From contig OZ024759.1 in NCBI GenBank assembly GCA_964016885.1, positions 20,460,001 through 20,524,000 of the forward strand: 64,000 nucleotides of DNA. The letters run 5' to 3'. Of this stretch, positions 13,880 through 25,932 are shown piece by piece. The notes beneath the pieces were generated by a model. The model did not search any database, was not told where the DNA came from, and saw nothing but the letters and a program-made list of their open reading frames with translations. A program made the translations under genes and the position numbers. The stretch's first letter is position 1; each line of letters starts with the position of its first letter. This DNA is from Eledone cirrhosa (Eukaryota).

Positions 13880-14400
13880 TCTACGAATATAGCTAAGAAT
13901 TTGCTATTCCTAATCAGGAAACATTTGCACAAGTCCTTCAACTCTCACAATGTTATGGTTCGTTAGTCCTGTTTAGATAGCATCTTGCATTGAAACTAAA
14001 AAAAAAAGCACACACTTACACAAGCCCCAACACGCAATTACCCAAACCCTTCCAAATGTCTTTAGGGCAGATTGTGCCTCTCTAGGTTCATAATTTACTG
14101 TGCCAACTTAAAGCCACCAGACAGTTTCTAGATGAATTCTGTGGGTCTAACAGCCAATGAGTTTAAAAGTAGGTTTATCCAACACAAACACTCATGAACA
14201 GGGAGAACTCTATTCCCCTGTCTCATTTCATATGGAGACTCTGTGAACAAGGGAACAACATCCCAGTGACAAATGGAGTATACTGGATGGAGTATATGCC
14301 CATTGCTTTAACTATAATTTTGTCCTCCCCCACCCCACCACCAAATCTTGCAGGGCACCTGTTCAGACAGAGAGCTGAAATTGTGAAAATACTAACATCA
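13880..14400 (+). pseudogene. Decayed Penelope-like retroelement: RT C-terminus/linker and GIY-YIG endonuclease relic
   Basis: Manual translation across stops and frameshifts: STNIAKNLLFLIRKHLHKSFNSHNVMVR*SCL ... RLCLSRFIIYCANL ... SVGLTANEFKSRFIQHKHS ... NSIPLSHFIWRL ... KWSIL. This fits the PLE pattern TNI.K.FL.LI.KHF...LHKIFN.N.VK.SYSC / CL...I.Y.A...Y.GLT...FK.R...H...NST.LS..IW.L...W.I. Confidence 0.75.
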
Positions 14401-14559
14401 GACACTGCAAAGGTCACCAAATACATCAATTGAACATTCAGCCTGCCAACATTATTGCACACATAGAGCAGATGACCTACTATACTCATTGACACTACCA
14501 GAACAAACAATAACCTCACATGTCTGATGTTGCTGGATTCTACTGATGGACAAATGTCT

Positions 14560-14885
14560 TCTTGTTGTCACTGATTTATGAACACTACCATGTGACCAGA
14601 ATCAAGCAATGAAGGCCCCTTGCAGCATGGCCTTGACGTAAAGTGGTTGTGTAGGTGTCATAAAAAAAGCACCCAGTCCACACTGTAAAGTTGTCGTGTA
14701 GGTGTCACGACAAAAATTTCCTAGTATTCTCTGTAAATGAGGTTGGTATCCAGCTGTAGAGACCAAGCCAAAACCAGTTCTGTATGAGAAAGACAAGGTC
14801 ACCTGACCTGGTATTACTCAGAACAGGACAACTCATTTAACCCATACTAACATGGAAAGACGTTAAACGGTGATGATAATGATGA
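14560..14885 (+). mobile_element. RTE-type 3'UTR fragment with (GAT)n tail
   Basis: CACCCAGTCCACACTGTAAAG...ATCCAGCTGTAGA...AACCCATACTAACATGGAAAGACGTTAAACGGTGATGAT. Confidence 0.7.
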
Positions 14886-14963
14886 ATATATACATATATA
14901 TCACCGTTTTATGTCCATTTTTCCATGAGTTAGACGTATATATATATATATAATATATATATA

Positions 14964-15145
14964 TGGAGGCACATGGCTTAGTGGTTAGAGCATTGGTCTT
15001 GCAATCGAAAGGTTGTAAGTTCAATTCTCAGACTGAGTGATGTGTTGTTTCCTTGAGCAAGACACTTTATTTCACATTGCTCCAGTTTACTCAGCTGTAG
15101 AAATGAGATGATAGGGACTGGGGTTCATATCATTCCACTGCAAAA
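14964..15145 (+). mobile_element. SINE family A 5' part (tRNA head and CORE-like domain)
   Basis: GGAGGCACATGGCTTAGTGGTTAGAGC (A box), GTTCAATTC (B box), CCTTGAGCAAGACACTTTATTTCAC. Confidence 0.85.
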
Positions 15146-16682
15146 GTGAGACTCTTGTATGATTGTTAGAGATAAACATATCATGTATGCTTTCATATGC
15201 ACACCTATTATTAAGTACACTATGTTAGTGTGACTGCTAATATATATGTAAGTGTGTGTATATATAATATAATATACGTGTGTATGTGTTTGTATGAAAT
15301 AAATGGTGACGATATATTTCATCATCCTTTAATGCTCGCTTTAAATGATGTGTATGTATAATAATCCCATCTACACACACAAATACACACATATACAAAC
15401 AAACACACTCTCACACACACACAAATACACACACACACACACAAATACATACACACACAAATACATACATACATACACTCACACACACACACTCGCACAC
15501 ACACTCTCACACAGACTCACAAACACACACATAAACACTCACACACTCATACAAGCACTCACACACACACTCTTAACGATAATGAAGACGATGAAAAATG
15601 CAAATGAAATTATAAAACTTGTTCTAAGGCGAAAGTATTGAAACTGTTAAAATGGTTGCCATAAATATGAACTAATATATAGTTGACATTAGCCCCGCAG
15701 CAACTATTTAGTAGCGCGCTATTGAATAAAATGAGCTTTTAAGTAATATAGCCATTTTCTGTTGGGCTTTATTGCTTGCTTTCCCTCTTTCTTTCTTTCT
15801 TTCCCTCTTTCTTTCTTTCTTTCTTTCCCTCTTTCTTTCCCTCTTTCTTTCTTTCTTTCTTTCCTTCTTTTCTTTCTTTCCTTATTCCTTTATTCCTTTC
15901 TTTCTTTTTTCTTTTCTTCTTTCTCTTTCTTTTCTTTTTATTTCTTTCTTCTCTTTATTCCTTTTCTTTCTTTTCTTTTCTTTCTTTCTTTTTTCTTTTC
16001 TTCCTTTCTTTCTCTATTATAACACTTAGTCTTTCCTTCTTTCTCTTTTTTCTTCTCTTTCTCTCTCTCTTTCTCTCTGTTCTTTCCTTCATTTTAATCT
16101 CTACCTAAAGTAGTTTGTCAGTACCACTTAACAACATGGATTGACCATTCAAGCCAGTTTCATATCAGCCTTCCCACCATGACCACCCCATCTACACCAC
16201 TGGCTTCTGGATATATATATATATTGCACATACACACTTCAGGGGAAATTTAACCCGAAATCGACACCATCTAGATTTCTCACCCCACCCCACCCCACGT
16301 ATATATATATATAAATATATATATATACATAATATTTATGTATATATATATTTTGTTAGTGTGTATGTGTGTATATATATATGTGTATGTATATAATTGT
16401 GTGTGTGTTTATATATACATATACACACACACATTTACTGCTCCCTCAACACAACCACGCTAACCCCCAAACCACTACCACAAATGCTACCACCATTACC
16501 AACATCACAAGAGACACAACAACAGTTTAGATCTCGGGCATTCATTTCTATTCCAATATCCTAATATTCCCCGAACTGTTATTCTTTATTCTATCCTACT
16601 TTTATTCTCTATATTGCCAGCTTAAGAAAGGTGTGTAGAGGCGGTGAGGGCACAGCACCTCAACCTCTAATCCAATAGCACA

Positions 16683-16744
<62 letters not shown>

Positions 16745-16989
16745 AAGACTCTGCCAATAAAATGTAGACGTACTTTGAAAGAGATATTTATAAAGATTTT
16801 TAAACAAGTTGAATATTTATACAAGTTTTTCTTAACCTGAAGTCTGAAGTGTGTATACAATTTTTGTTGTTGTTGTTGCCAGACTCGGTTTGTGAGCATA
16901 ATATATATATATATACACATACACACACACAAATACATATATATATATATATATACACACACATATACACACATATATACTTCTAAACT

Positions 16990-17340
16990 GTGGCCCCGCA
17001 CCTGTCCCTCCTCATCCAATACAGGGCCCCAACAACTCTGGCTCTGCTGTGAGATGGGTCAGGCTCCAAACTGGTTCTGTTATGAGAGGGGTTTGGCACG
17101 ATCAATTAGCCTTCTGTCTCTCCTGATGATGGACCATCCAGTCCAACACGGTAAATGTGGTTAGTATTAGGAAGGGCATCCAGCTGTAAAACCAGCTGTA
17201 AAATGCCCTGCCAAATTTATAGTCCTCGCCGGAGCAAGGTACAACATGCCCAACCATGGCCAGATTTGCCTCCCCAGCATGGATGACCCCTCTAAACCCT
17301 GCAAGCATGGAAGAATTGACACTAAATGGAAATGATGATA
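16990..17340 (+). mobile_element. Retroposon fragment with the AGGAAGGGCATCC module and an RTE-like tail
   Basis: TTAGGAAGGGCATCCAGCTGTAAAA...AACCCTGCAAGCATGGAAGAATTGACACTAAAT..GATGAT. Confidence 0.6.
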
Positions 17341-17351
17341 TATATATATAT

Positions 17352-18032
17352 CAGGCTTCGTTTCTCTCTAAGACTTACGTAGATTAGAGAGAAACGAAGC
17401 CTGCATGCTCCGATGGATGTGTAACAGTAATATACGTGAACGACAAAGCATAAATGAATTGAGAGAGAGACTGAGCATAAGAGGAATCAAATGCTGTGTG
17501 CAGGAGAGGCGGTTGCGCTGGTATGGACATGTGATGCATATGAAGGATGACAGCTGCATAAAAAGGTGCAGAGCACTAGAAGTTGATGGAAACCACCGCG
17601 GAGTGGGGAGACCCAAGATGACCTGGGATGAGGTGATAAAAGCCGACCTTACCCAATTACACCTCTCAAAGACAATGACACACGACCGTGACTTCTGGCG
17701 TCACGCAGTAATACAGAGTACCCGACCTCCCATGGGTACATGCTGAAGCATATAAACAATATGCCCCCACACCCCCCACCGCAAGGTGGTCGTGGAGGGG
17801 CCACGGCAAAAAAGCACCCAGCCCACACTGTAAAGTGGACGTGTAGGTGCCACGGCAAAAAAGCACCCAGCACTCACTGTAAATGAGGTTGGTGTTAGGA
17901 AGGGCATCCAACTGTAGAAATCAAGCCAGATCAGTTCCTGTATGAGCAAGGCATGGTCAGCCGACCAGACACTGCACACAACAGGACAACCCGTCTAACC
18001 CATGCTAGCGTGGAAGAACGGACGTAAAACGG

Positions 18033-18063
<31 letters not shown>
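17352..18063 (+). mobile_element. 5'-truncated RTE LINE (ORF C-terminus, 3'UTR, (GAT)n tail)
   Basis: ORF 17405-17746 MLRWMCNSNIRERQSINELR...RRLRWYGHVM...GRPKMTWDEV is very close to the end of the 794-aa ORF. The tail is GGACGTAAAACGGT(GAT)n. Confidence 0.92.
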
Positions 18064-18290
18064 ATCATCTTTGCCCACTAATTCCTGAGAGGGTTGTGGA
18101 GGAAGAGTCATCAAACACTCCTTCCGATGGGTCCTGTCAGAAGCAGCCATCTCCAACTGATCAAGCTGGATCCCCAAGCAAGACCAGCCAAGCTCACTGA
18201 TGGATGTTATTCAACCATCTTGCTCAGGGTCTACCCCCTGGGTCTCCTGCCGGTTAGTTTTGTCTGTAGAATCTGTCACAGCTGTTTCTA
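18064..18290 (-). mobile_element. 3' end of a second RTE lineage (Expander/RTE-1-like)
   Basis: Minus-strand peptides ILQTKLTGRRPRG and LGIQLDQLEMAASDRTHRKECLMTLPPQPS resemble the Expander-type C-terminus (LGIP.EEL..VA..R..W..LL..LPP.P). Confidence 0.6.
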
Positions 18291-18417
18291 GAAAGAAACA
18301 ATGCAGTTTGTAATAAGAAGAGTTGAAATTAATGCATGCACGATTTCACAGCTCTAGCATCAATCCCTCATAGTTAGCCTATGAACTTTTCATCCGAATC
18401 TTGTTTCTATGTATTAT

Positions 18418-18598
18418 TTGGCAGTATTGGTAGAGGGTCAAACGCCAGGCTTTCTAGCATAGTTATGTCCCTTTATGATCTCAGTTCAAATCCCGCCGAA
18501 GTTAACTTTGCCTTTCATCCTTACGGGGTCGATAAAATAAAGTACCAGTAATACACTGGGTAATTGCTGGCCTTGTGCCAAAAGTAGAAACAATTATT
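18418..18598 (+). mobile_element. SINE family B, full length
   Basis: TGGCAGTATTGG...GTTCAAATCCCGCC...GCCTTTCATCCTTACGGGGTCGATAAAATAAAGTACCAG...GTAGAAACAATTATT. Confidence 0.85.
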
Positions 18599-18689
18599 TA
18601 ACTATCTTTGACTGTAACCTATCAAACCATCCACCTTAAACACCATTCCATTCCTTTAACCCTGATTCTACCACTGCCCTAATCCACCA

Positions 18690-20075
18690 CTCCTTGTAGC
18701 CATTGACCCAACCTTGTAGCCATTGACCCAACCCTCTAGCCTACGACCTATTGCTCTAGCCATCGACCCAACCCTCTAGCCATCGACCCAACCCTCTAGC
18801 CATCGACCCAACCCTCTAGCCATCGACCCAACCCTCTAGCCATCGACCCAACCCTCTAGCCATCGACCCAACCCTCTAGCCATCGACCCAACCCTCTAGC
18901 CATCGACCCAACCCTCTAGCCTACGACCTATTGCTCTAGCCATCGACCCATCGCTCTAGCCATAGACCCAACCCTCTAGCCATCGACCCAACCCTCTAGC
19001 CATCGACCCAACCCTCTAGCCATCGACCCAACCCTCTAGCCATCGACCCAACCCTCTAGCCATCGACCCAACCCTCTAGCCATCGACCCATCGCTCTAGC
19101 CATAGACCCAACCCTCTAGCCATCGACCCATCGCTCTAGCCATAGACCCAACCCTCTAGCCATCGACCCAACCCTCTAGCCTACGACCTATTGCTCTAGG
19201 CATCGACCCAACCCTCTAGCCATCGACCCATTGCTCTAGCCATCGACCCATTGCTCTAGCCATCGACCCATTGCTCTAGCCATCGACCCATTGCTCTAGC
19301 CATCGACCCATTGCTCTAGCCATCGACCCATTGCTCTAGCCATCGACCATCGCTCTAGCCATCGACCCAACCCTCTAGCCATCGACCCAACCCTCTAGCC
19401 ATCGACCCAACCCTCTAGCCATCGACCCAACCCTCTAGCCATCGACCTAACCCTCTAGCCTACGACCTATTGCTCTAGCCATCGACCCAACCCTCTAGCC
19501 ATCGACCCAACCCTCTAGCCATCGACCCAACCCTCTAGCCATCAATCCAACCACGTTAGCCATCAACCCAACCACGTTAGCCATCAACCCAACCACCTTA
19601 GCCATCAACCCAACGCTCTTAGCCATCAACCCAACGCTCTTAGCCATCAACCCAACGCTCTTAGTCATCAACCCAATGCTCTTAGCCATTAACCCATCGC
19701 TCTTAGCCATTAACCCACTGCTCTAGACATCACTCCATCACTCTAGCCATCACTCCATCACTCTAGCCATCAACCAATCACTCTAGCCATCAACCAATCA
19801 CTCTAGACATCACTCCACTTCCCTACCCATCACTCCACTGCCCTACCCATCACTCCACTGTTCTAGCCATCAACCATTCACTCTAGACGTCACTCCACTG
19901 CCCTACCCATCACTCCACTGCTCTAGCCATCAACCAATCACTCTAGACATCATTCCACTGCCCTACCCATCACTCCACTGCTCTAGCCATCAACCAATCA
20001 CTCTAGACACCACTCCACCGCACTAGCCATCGACCCAACCCTCTAACCATTACTCCATCACTCTAGCCACATTCC
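18690..20075. repeat. 20-bp minisatellite (CATCGACCCAACCCTCTAGC) grading into 21-bp and diverged 20-bp variants
   Basis: Exact 20-bp period over about 18710-19540, then CCATCAACCCAACGCTCTTAG units, then CATCACTCCACTGCTCTAGC-type units. Confidence 0.97.
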
Positions 20076-20818
20076 TTCCCTTTAACCATCAATCAATCCA
20101 TTGCTCAAACTATAGTTCTAACCTTCACCACCACCACAATCACCAGCACCTCCTTCTCCAACCCCACCACAATCACCAGCACCTCCTTCTCCAACCCCAC
20201 CAAAATTGGAATTTTAACAGTGCCCTGAAACCCATACATGCCAAACATATAAGCCGAAGCTTTACTTTGCATTTGCAAAGCAATGAAATGATGCAGCAGC
20301 AATTAACACCAACTGGAGGACTGCTGCAAGTGTAACGTCGTCTTTTGATGTGACATGTCGTAGAGGAAACCTTTTAGCTGTTCCCTACTTCAATTCTTAA
20401 TTAAAAATCACTTGAAACTCCGAAGTCTTCAGATCTATCCACCATGGAATGGTTTATTTGTGCGCGTGTGGGCTGTTGTTGTTGTTATCGTTGTTGTTGT
20501 TGTTGTTTTTATAAGGTCTCCTTCTGTCCATGTAATTAAACTAATTATCAGGTAGGTTTTTAATTAACATTCGCGTATCGCATATCAAATGAGGCGCATT
20601 GCATATGAATGTTTGTGTGTGTGTGAGTGTGTGGCATGTGCATATAAGTTTATGGTGTGTGTATATATATATATGTCATCATACATATTTATAAAATATG
20701 TATGATTGTATGTATATATATATATATATATGTATATAAGTATATATGTATATATATATACACACACACACACACACAGACTCAAACATATATAGAGCAA
20801 GTATGGAAAAGCAGATTG

Positions 20819-20849
<31 letters not shown>

Positions 20850-21199
20850 TATACACACACACACACACACACATATATGTGGTATCATAGTTATGGTGGA
20901 CTATAATTTTCTTTACAAATGTGCATTATGGGAGTGTGAATGATTGTGTTTATGAGTATGCCACCCCCTCTCTCCTCTCTCTCTCCTTCTCCTCTCTCTC
21001 TCTCCCCCTTCTCTCCCCTATCTCACTCTCTGTATGTGTACATTCAAGTAACATGACCATCCGATATGTAACTAAAGTGAGTGCGATCAGTTATTGACAG
21101 TTCTCAACTATAACAGGAAATGAAACCATGGTATGGGATTGTATTTTATGATCTTGTTAGTTAAGCACGTGTACACACACATATATACATGTGTATAGA

Positions 21200-21810
21200 T
21201 ATATGGTGGCTGCCAACTCGTTTTCGAGTACGGCCACTATTTTATATCCATGTAGGAGAACCCCTATCGATGCGCTGAACGAGTGTGACTTTTTAGTCCA
21301 GCCAGTGACTTGAAAACTCTGGTACAAACACTACACTTGTGACAGTTATTGACACATAGTGCTGGTCCCATGTGACGACAAGTGCAGAGAGATCTCCAGA
21401 TATAAAGCAATGCCTGTGCCATGAAGCTTTTATAGTGAGCAAAGGCACTGCACAAAGCCAGTCCCACTCTCTTGACCAAGATGATATTTACCAAAAAGAA
21501 GAACAAGTCAACATCATTGGATACCATCAGAGTTGCAGGTGTTATATCAGAGTTTTCCTTCTCCTAGAATTCTGACTTGACAAAGGCTAAGGGGTCATCT
21601 CTCCCAGTGATTTTGGATGGCCATTGACTCTTAAGAGCTCCTTTGCCCTTTGACAGGTTTTGTTTTTAGTCCTGCAGGATGTCCAAATTCACCCTCCTCA
21701 CCAAGAAACCTTGGTGGGGTTGCCAGGTTAGACGCCAACGACCCGACCATGAGACGGGTTGTACTGGGATACATGTTACCAGTAGCACCAACTGGTGACC
21801 TGACATAAGA
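21200..21810 (-). mobile_element. Non-autonomous bipartite RTE (BovB-like): 5'UTR joined to a C-terminal C2H2 finger and 3' end
   Basis: The frame ends HKCSVCTRVFKSLAGLKSHTRSAHR* (ORF 21264-21527). A 3' hairpin CTCG-AAAA-CGAG follows. The 5' end is shared with 3741. Confidence 0.6.
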
Positions 21811-22231
21811 TAGATATATACACAGCTACATACATACATGCATTCATACATGTGCATGTGTTTGGCTACATGCGTGTTTTATATATATGATGTTGTCCTC
21901 ATTGTGCTAATTTTCTGCATATATATATATATATATGAATTAGGATAGAACCAGTTTAAAACTAGTTAGACCATTACTACATCAACTATCAAGTACTCTG
22001 TTGAGTAGAGTATGACTATATTATAAAGAGCCGGGACCTGATGTTTGAGCCCTTGCTGATTCAGCAGCTAGTTCACATATATAACTGTGAACACAGTTGA
22101 TTTCTATAAATAATAGCTTAGAAAATCATATAGATGAATAATGTGGCCAACAGCGACTACAGAAGATTAAGCTCTCTACTTCTCAAATTCCAGCTGAATA
22201 CTCTACACCATTGGATGTAAAAATGATGAAT

Positions 22232-22265
<34 letters not shown>

Positions 22266-22610
22266 GAATAGAAAATGAAAAATCAGTGATGCATCTGAAC
22301 TCAGTTTATTGTGTGTTACAATTGTTTCGCCGGCGGACAGCTCGAGACGCGATCATTGTGGGGATCTGTCTGATTCTGGACCCGCAGGTTCGACGGACAC
22401 GTCTAATGATTTCAGAGCATTTTTCGTTTTCTATTCTATCATACTCTGCTCTGTAAGAGCATAGAGTGCTCAACCGGCATACCGCCTATGGAAGCATCTT
22501 AGCTACCATCAGACACATATATATATATGAAGAATTCAAACATAACTAATATGTTTTATTTTTGTGCTTCTCAATAAACCAGTTCAATAGACTCAATGTC
22601 CAGAGCCATA

Positions 22611-22771
22611 ATAATTCAAGTATAAAAGATATATATATATATGTATAGAGCGAGAGAAAACACAATATGTTGTATATATACAGGTCACATATTTCAGAGT
22701 ACATATTTTTCTTTGAAATATGTGGTCTGAATATATATAATATATTGTGTTTTCTAAGATATATTGTCCTT

Positions 22772-22867
<96 letters not shown>

Positions 22868-22894
22868 ACTCTCTCTCTCTCTGTCTCTCTCTCA

Positions 22895-22952
<58 letters not shown>

Positions 22953-23159
22953 TTTATACTTGAATTATATATATATATATATATATGTATAGAGCGAGAG
23001 AAAACACAATATATTGTATATGTACAGGGCACATATTTCAGAGTACATATTTTTCTTTGAAATATGTGGTCTGAATATATACAATATATTGTTTTTTCTA
23101 AGATATATTGTCCTTTCTCTCTCTCTCTCTCTATATATATATATCTTTTATACTTGAAT

Positions 23160-23165
<6 letters not shown>
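22611..23165. repeat. Direct duplication of an internally palindromic unit, with an inverted terminal segment
   Basis: GTATAGAGCGAGAGAAAACACAATAT...TTTTCTAAGATATATTGTCC occurs twice (about 22643 and 22987). ATAATTCAAGTATAAAAGATAT at 22611 is inverted at about 22947 and 23141. Confidence 0.85.
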
Positions 23166-23196
<31 letters not shown>

Positions 23197-23234
23197 TCAG
23201 GTTTGCTTGAAGCATTGTGGATTAAGAAAAATAG

Positions 23235-23573
23235 TCAGTTTGGAAGCCTCCACAATGCAGATGGGTAACTCTGACAACGAAATCCAGTGGCAACAGAAGG
23301 AGAAAGAAAAGGAAAAAGAAGAATCCCAGAACCTGTGTACCTTAAAAGATTTATTAGTCCTTATATTTTGGATTCACGTATTTTGATTCGTAGATTTCCG
23401 AAGGGAAAATAAAAACGTTGTTGAACGTTGCTGGTTCTGTTTAAAATTGAAAGTTATGCATGCCTGTACATTCCTTTAGATTTATTTACGTTTGTTTTCC
23501 TTCTCCTTCTATTGCCACTGGATTTTGTTGGCAGAAGTTTTACCCATCTACATTGTAGAGGCTTCCAAACTGA
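23235..23573. mobile_element. MITE-like element with about 75-bp imperfect terminal inverted repeats
   Basis: TCAGTTTGGAAGCCTCCACAATGCAGATGGGTAA...CAGTGGCAACAGAAGGAGAA is mirrored by TTCTCCTTCTATTGCCACTG...CATTGTAGAGGCTTCCAAACTGA. Confidence 0.65.
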
Positions 23574-24132
23574 TTTCCAAAAGAGGAAGAATGACGGGGT
23601 CATCTACTGACATGGCTTTAAAGAGACTGTTTGCATAATAGCAAACAAATCGATTACATTTATTGTATTCAGCCATTTGGAGTGATAAACTATTTGTTAT
23701 ACACACGCACATACAGAGGAGGAAAGTACTTATCTTCAACCCATTCAAATGTGTCCACCACATGATCTCTTTATCCATGGCTACCAAGCAGATAAATACT
23801 GCCTGTCCTAATAATAAGTTAGTTATATTGCTAAATACCTCCAAATTTTTATTGTATAAAAAATACTAGAAAATTCTTGGCATTTGTTTGCATTGAAAAT
23901 GTAGTAAAACAGTTTAATTTATGTTCCAAAGACCAGCTTAATGAGAAAGTCAATTATTTTACTAATTAGTTCCAAATTCTTATTTTTACAATTAGTTGTC
24001 TTTTATCAAAGTATGGTAGCAAAATGGTAGTATTCCAAATACTAGCTTAATAATGCTAGTTTACTAAATCACTACCAAATTCTTGAATATTTTCAAAATT
24101 ATTTGAAAATTATAGACTGTGACTTTCATTAA

Positions 24133-24346
24133 CCCTTTTTACATTACTCTATATTTACTATTGTATTTTCACAATAAACACTGTTTTTCACATAATTATC
24201 TCACATAATATTGATATCTATGAGATCTTGATATTTATTTTGAGAACAAAACCTTAACATCAGTATGAGCAGCTGATTACAGCCAGTTTGAACAGAAAGA
24301 GGTGAGAGAATTGTGGCGAGATACGGCCAGTTTAAATGCTAAAGGG
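24133..24346 (-). mobile_element. TTAA-flanked piggyBac-like MITE family P1
   Basis: TTAA|CCCTTT...TAAATGCTAAAGGG|TTAA. Confidence 0.75.
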
Positions 24347-24422
24347 TTAAAAGTATATATTCAGAACACCAAATTCTTGATTATTTTCAAAATTATTTGA
24401 AAATTATAAACTGTGTCTTTAA

Positions 24423-24633
24423 CCCTTTAGCATTTACATTACTCTATATATACGATTGTATTTCTGTGGTAAAGGATTTATCTTAGATAATTATCTCACA
24501 TAATATCGAATCTATGAGATTTTGATGTTATTTATTTTGATAACAATACCTTAACGTCAGTATGAGTGATCAGTTTGAACAGAAAGCGGTGAGAGAACTC
24601 TGGCCAGATATGGCTGTTTTAAATGCTAAAGGG
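24423..24633 (-). mobile_element. TTAA-flanked MITE family P1
   Basis: 14-bp TIR CCCTTTAGCATTTA/TAAATGCTAAAGGG with TTAA on both sides. Confidence 0.85.
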
Positions 24634-24788
24634 TTAAGTAGAAATATGTTAACTAAAGGGTTAATTTGTTTCAAATTCAATCTTAATAATGAGAAAATTA
24701 GTTATATTATTAAATCCCTTCCAAATTCTATGCAGTTTTTCATTAAAAATACAGTAAAAGGATTATGTTCCAAACACCAACTGATTAA

Positions 24789-25108
24789 CCTCTTCAGTAC
24801 CACAGACGAGATAACTTGTCCTAACATGTATGCATTCCAGTGCCACGGATGAGATAATTCGTCCTGACATGTTTGAACTCATTTCCAACAGTTCATAACT
24901 TCAAAGTTATGAACTCGTTTCCAACAGTTCATAAAGTTATGAACTTGTTTCCAACAGTTCATAACTTCAAAGCTAGATGTGATGTTTGTCAATCATTCAG
25001 ATATATGTTGTTAATAAATGTTTGTTTAAAAAGTCATTTTACTGAAAAACAAAACAAAACCTGGTACAGCAACAATAGCTGTGTAAAGTATATGTGGTAG
25101 TCAAGAGG
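24789..25108 (+). mobile_element. TTAA-flanked MITE family P2 with internal short tandem repeats
   Basis: TTAA|CCTCTT...AAGAGG|TTAA with internal TGAACT..TTTCCAACAGTTCATAA three times. A second copy lies at 53396-53671. Confidence 0.8.
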
Positions 25109-25238
25109 TTAATGAGAAAGTTAATTATTTTATTAAATCCTTCCAAATTCTTTGGTTACTTAAAGATTATAAAATTTTAAGGTGTCTTTTCATTAAAAAT
25201 ATAGTAACAAAAGGGTTATGTTCCAAACATCAGCTTAA

Positions 25239-25428
25239 CTCTTTGCATTTAAACTGGCTGTATCCAGCTAGAATTCTCTCACCTCTTTCTGTTCAAACTG
25301 GCCTTAACCGGTTGCTCATACTTGTTAAGGTATTCTTCTCAAAATAAATATCAAAATCTGGTAGATTCGATATTATGTGAGATAAAGCCTTTACCACGTA
25401 AATATAGAGTAATGCAAATGCTAAAGGA
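25239..25428 (+). mobile_element. TTAA-flanked MITE family P1 (diverged ends)
   Basis: TTAA|CTCTTTGCATTTAAA...AAATGCTAAAGGA|TTAA. Confidence 0.75.
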
Positions 25429-25739
25429 TTAATAATGAGAAAGTTAGTTATGGTATGAAATCTCTCCATATTCTTGATATTTCAAAAATTATTTGAAAAT
25501 AACAGACAATGTCTTTCATTAGAAATATGGTAATAAAAAGGTTAAAATCTTCAATCTTAATTTTATGTAACAACCTTTGTTTAGTTATATTCCATACACC
25601 AGGTTAATAATTGTTTCTAAAAATTGTTCACAAGGCCAGCAATTTTAAGGGAAAGGGAAAGTTGATGAAATCGACCCTAGTGCATTACTGCTGATTTATC
25701 AACCTTGTAGAGATGAAATTCAGAACTAATTTCGTTTAA

Positions 25740-25932
25740 CCCTTTAGCATTTAAACTGGCCATATCTGGCCAGAAATCTCTCAGCTCTTTCTGTTCAAAC
25801 TATCTCTAACTGGCTGCTCATATTGATGTTAAGGTATTGTTCTCAAAATAAATATTAAAATCTCGTAGATTCGATATTATGTGAGGTGAAAATACAACAG
25901 TATATATATAGAGTAATGTAAATGCTAAAGGG
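25740..25932 (+). mobile_element. TTAA-flanked MITE family P1
   Basis: Perfect 14-bp TIR and TTAA duplication. Confidence 0.85.

Noticed and set aside
14964-15040. tRNA gene
   Set aside because: It has A/B boxes but no convincing acceptor stem, and it runs straight into a multi-copy SINE body.
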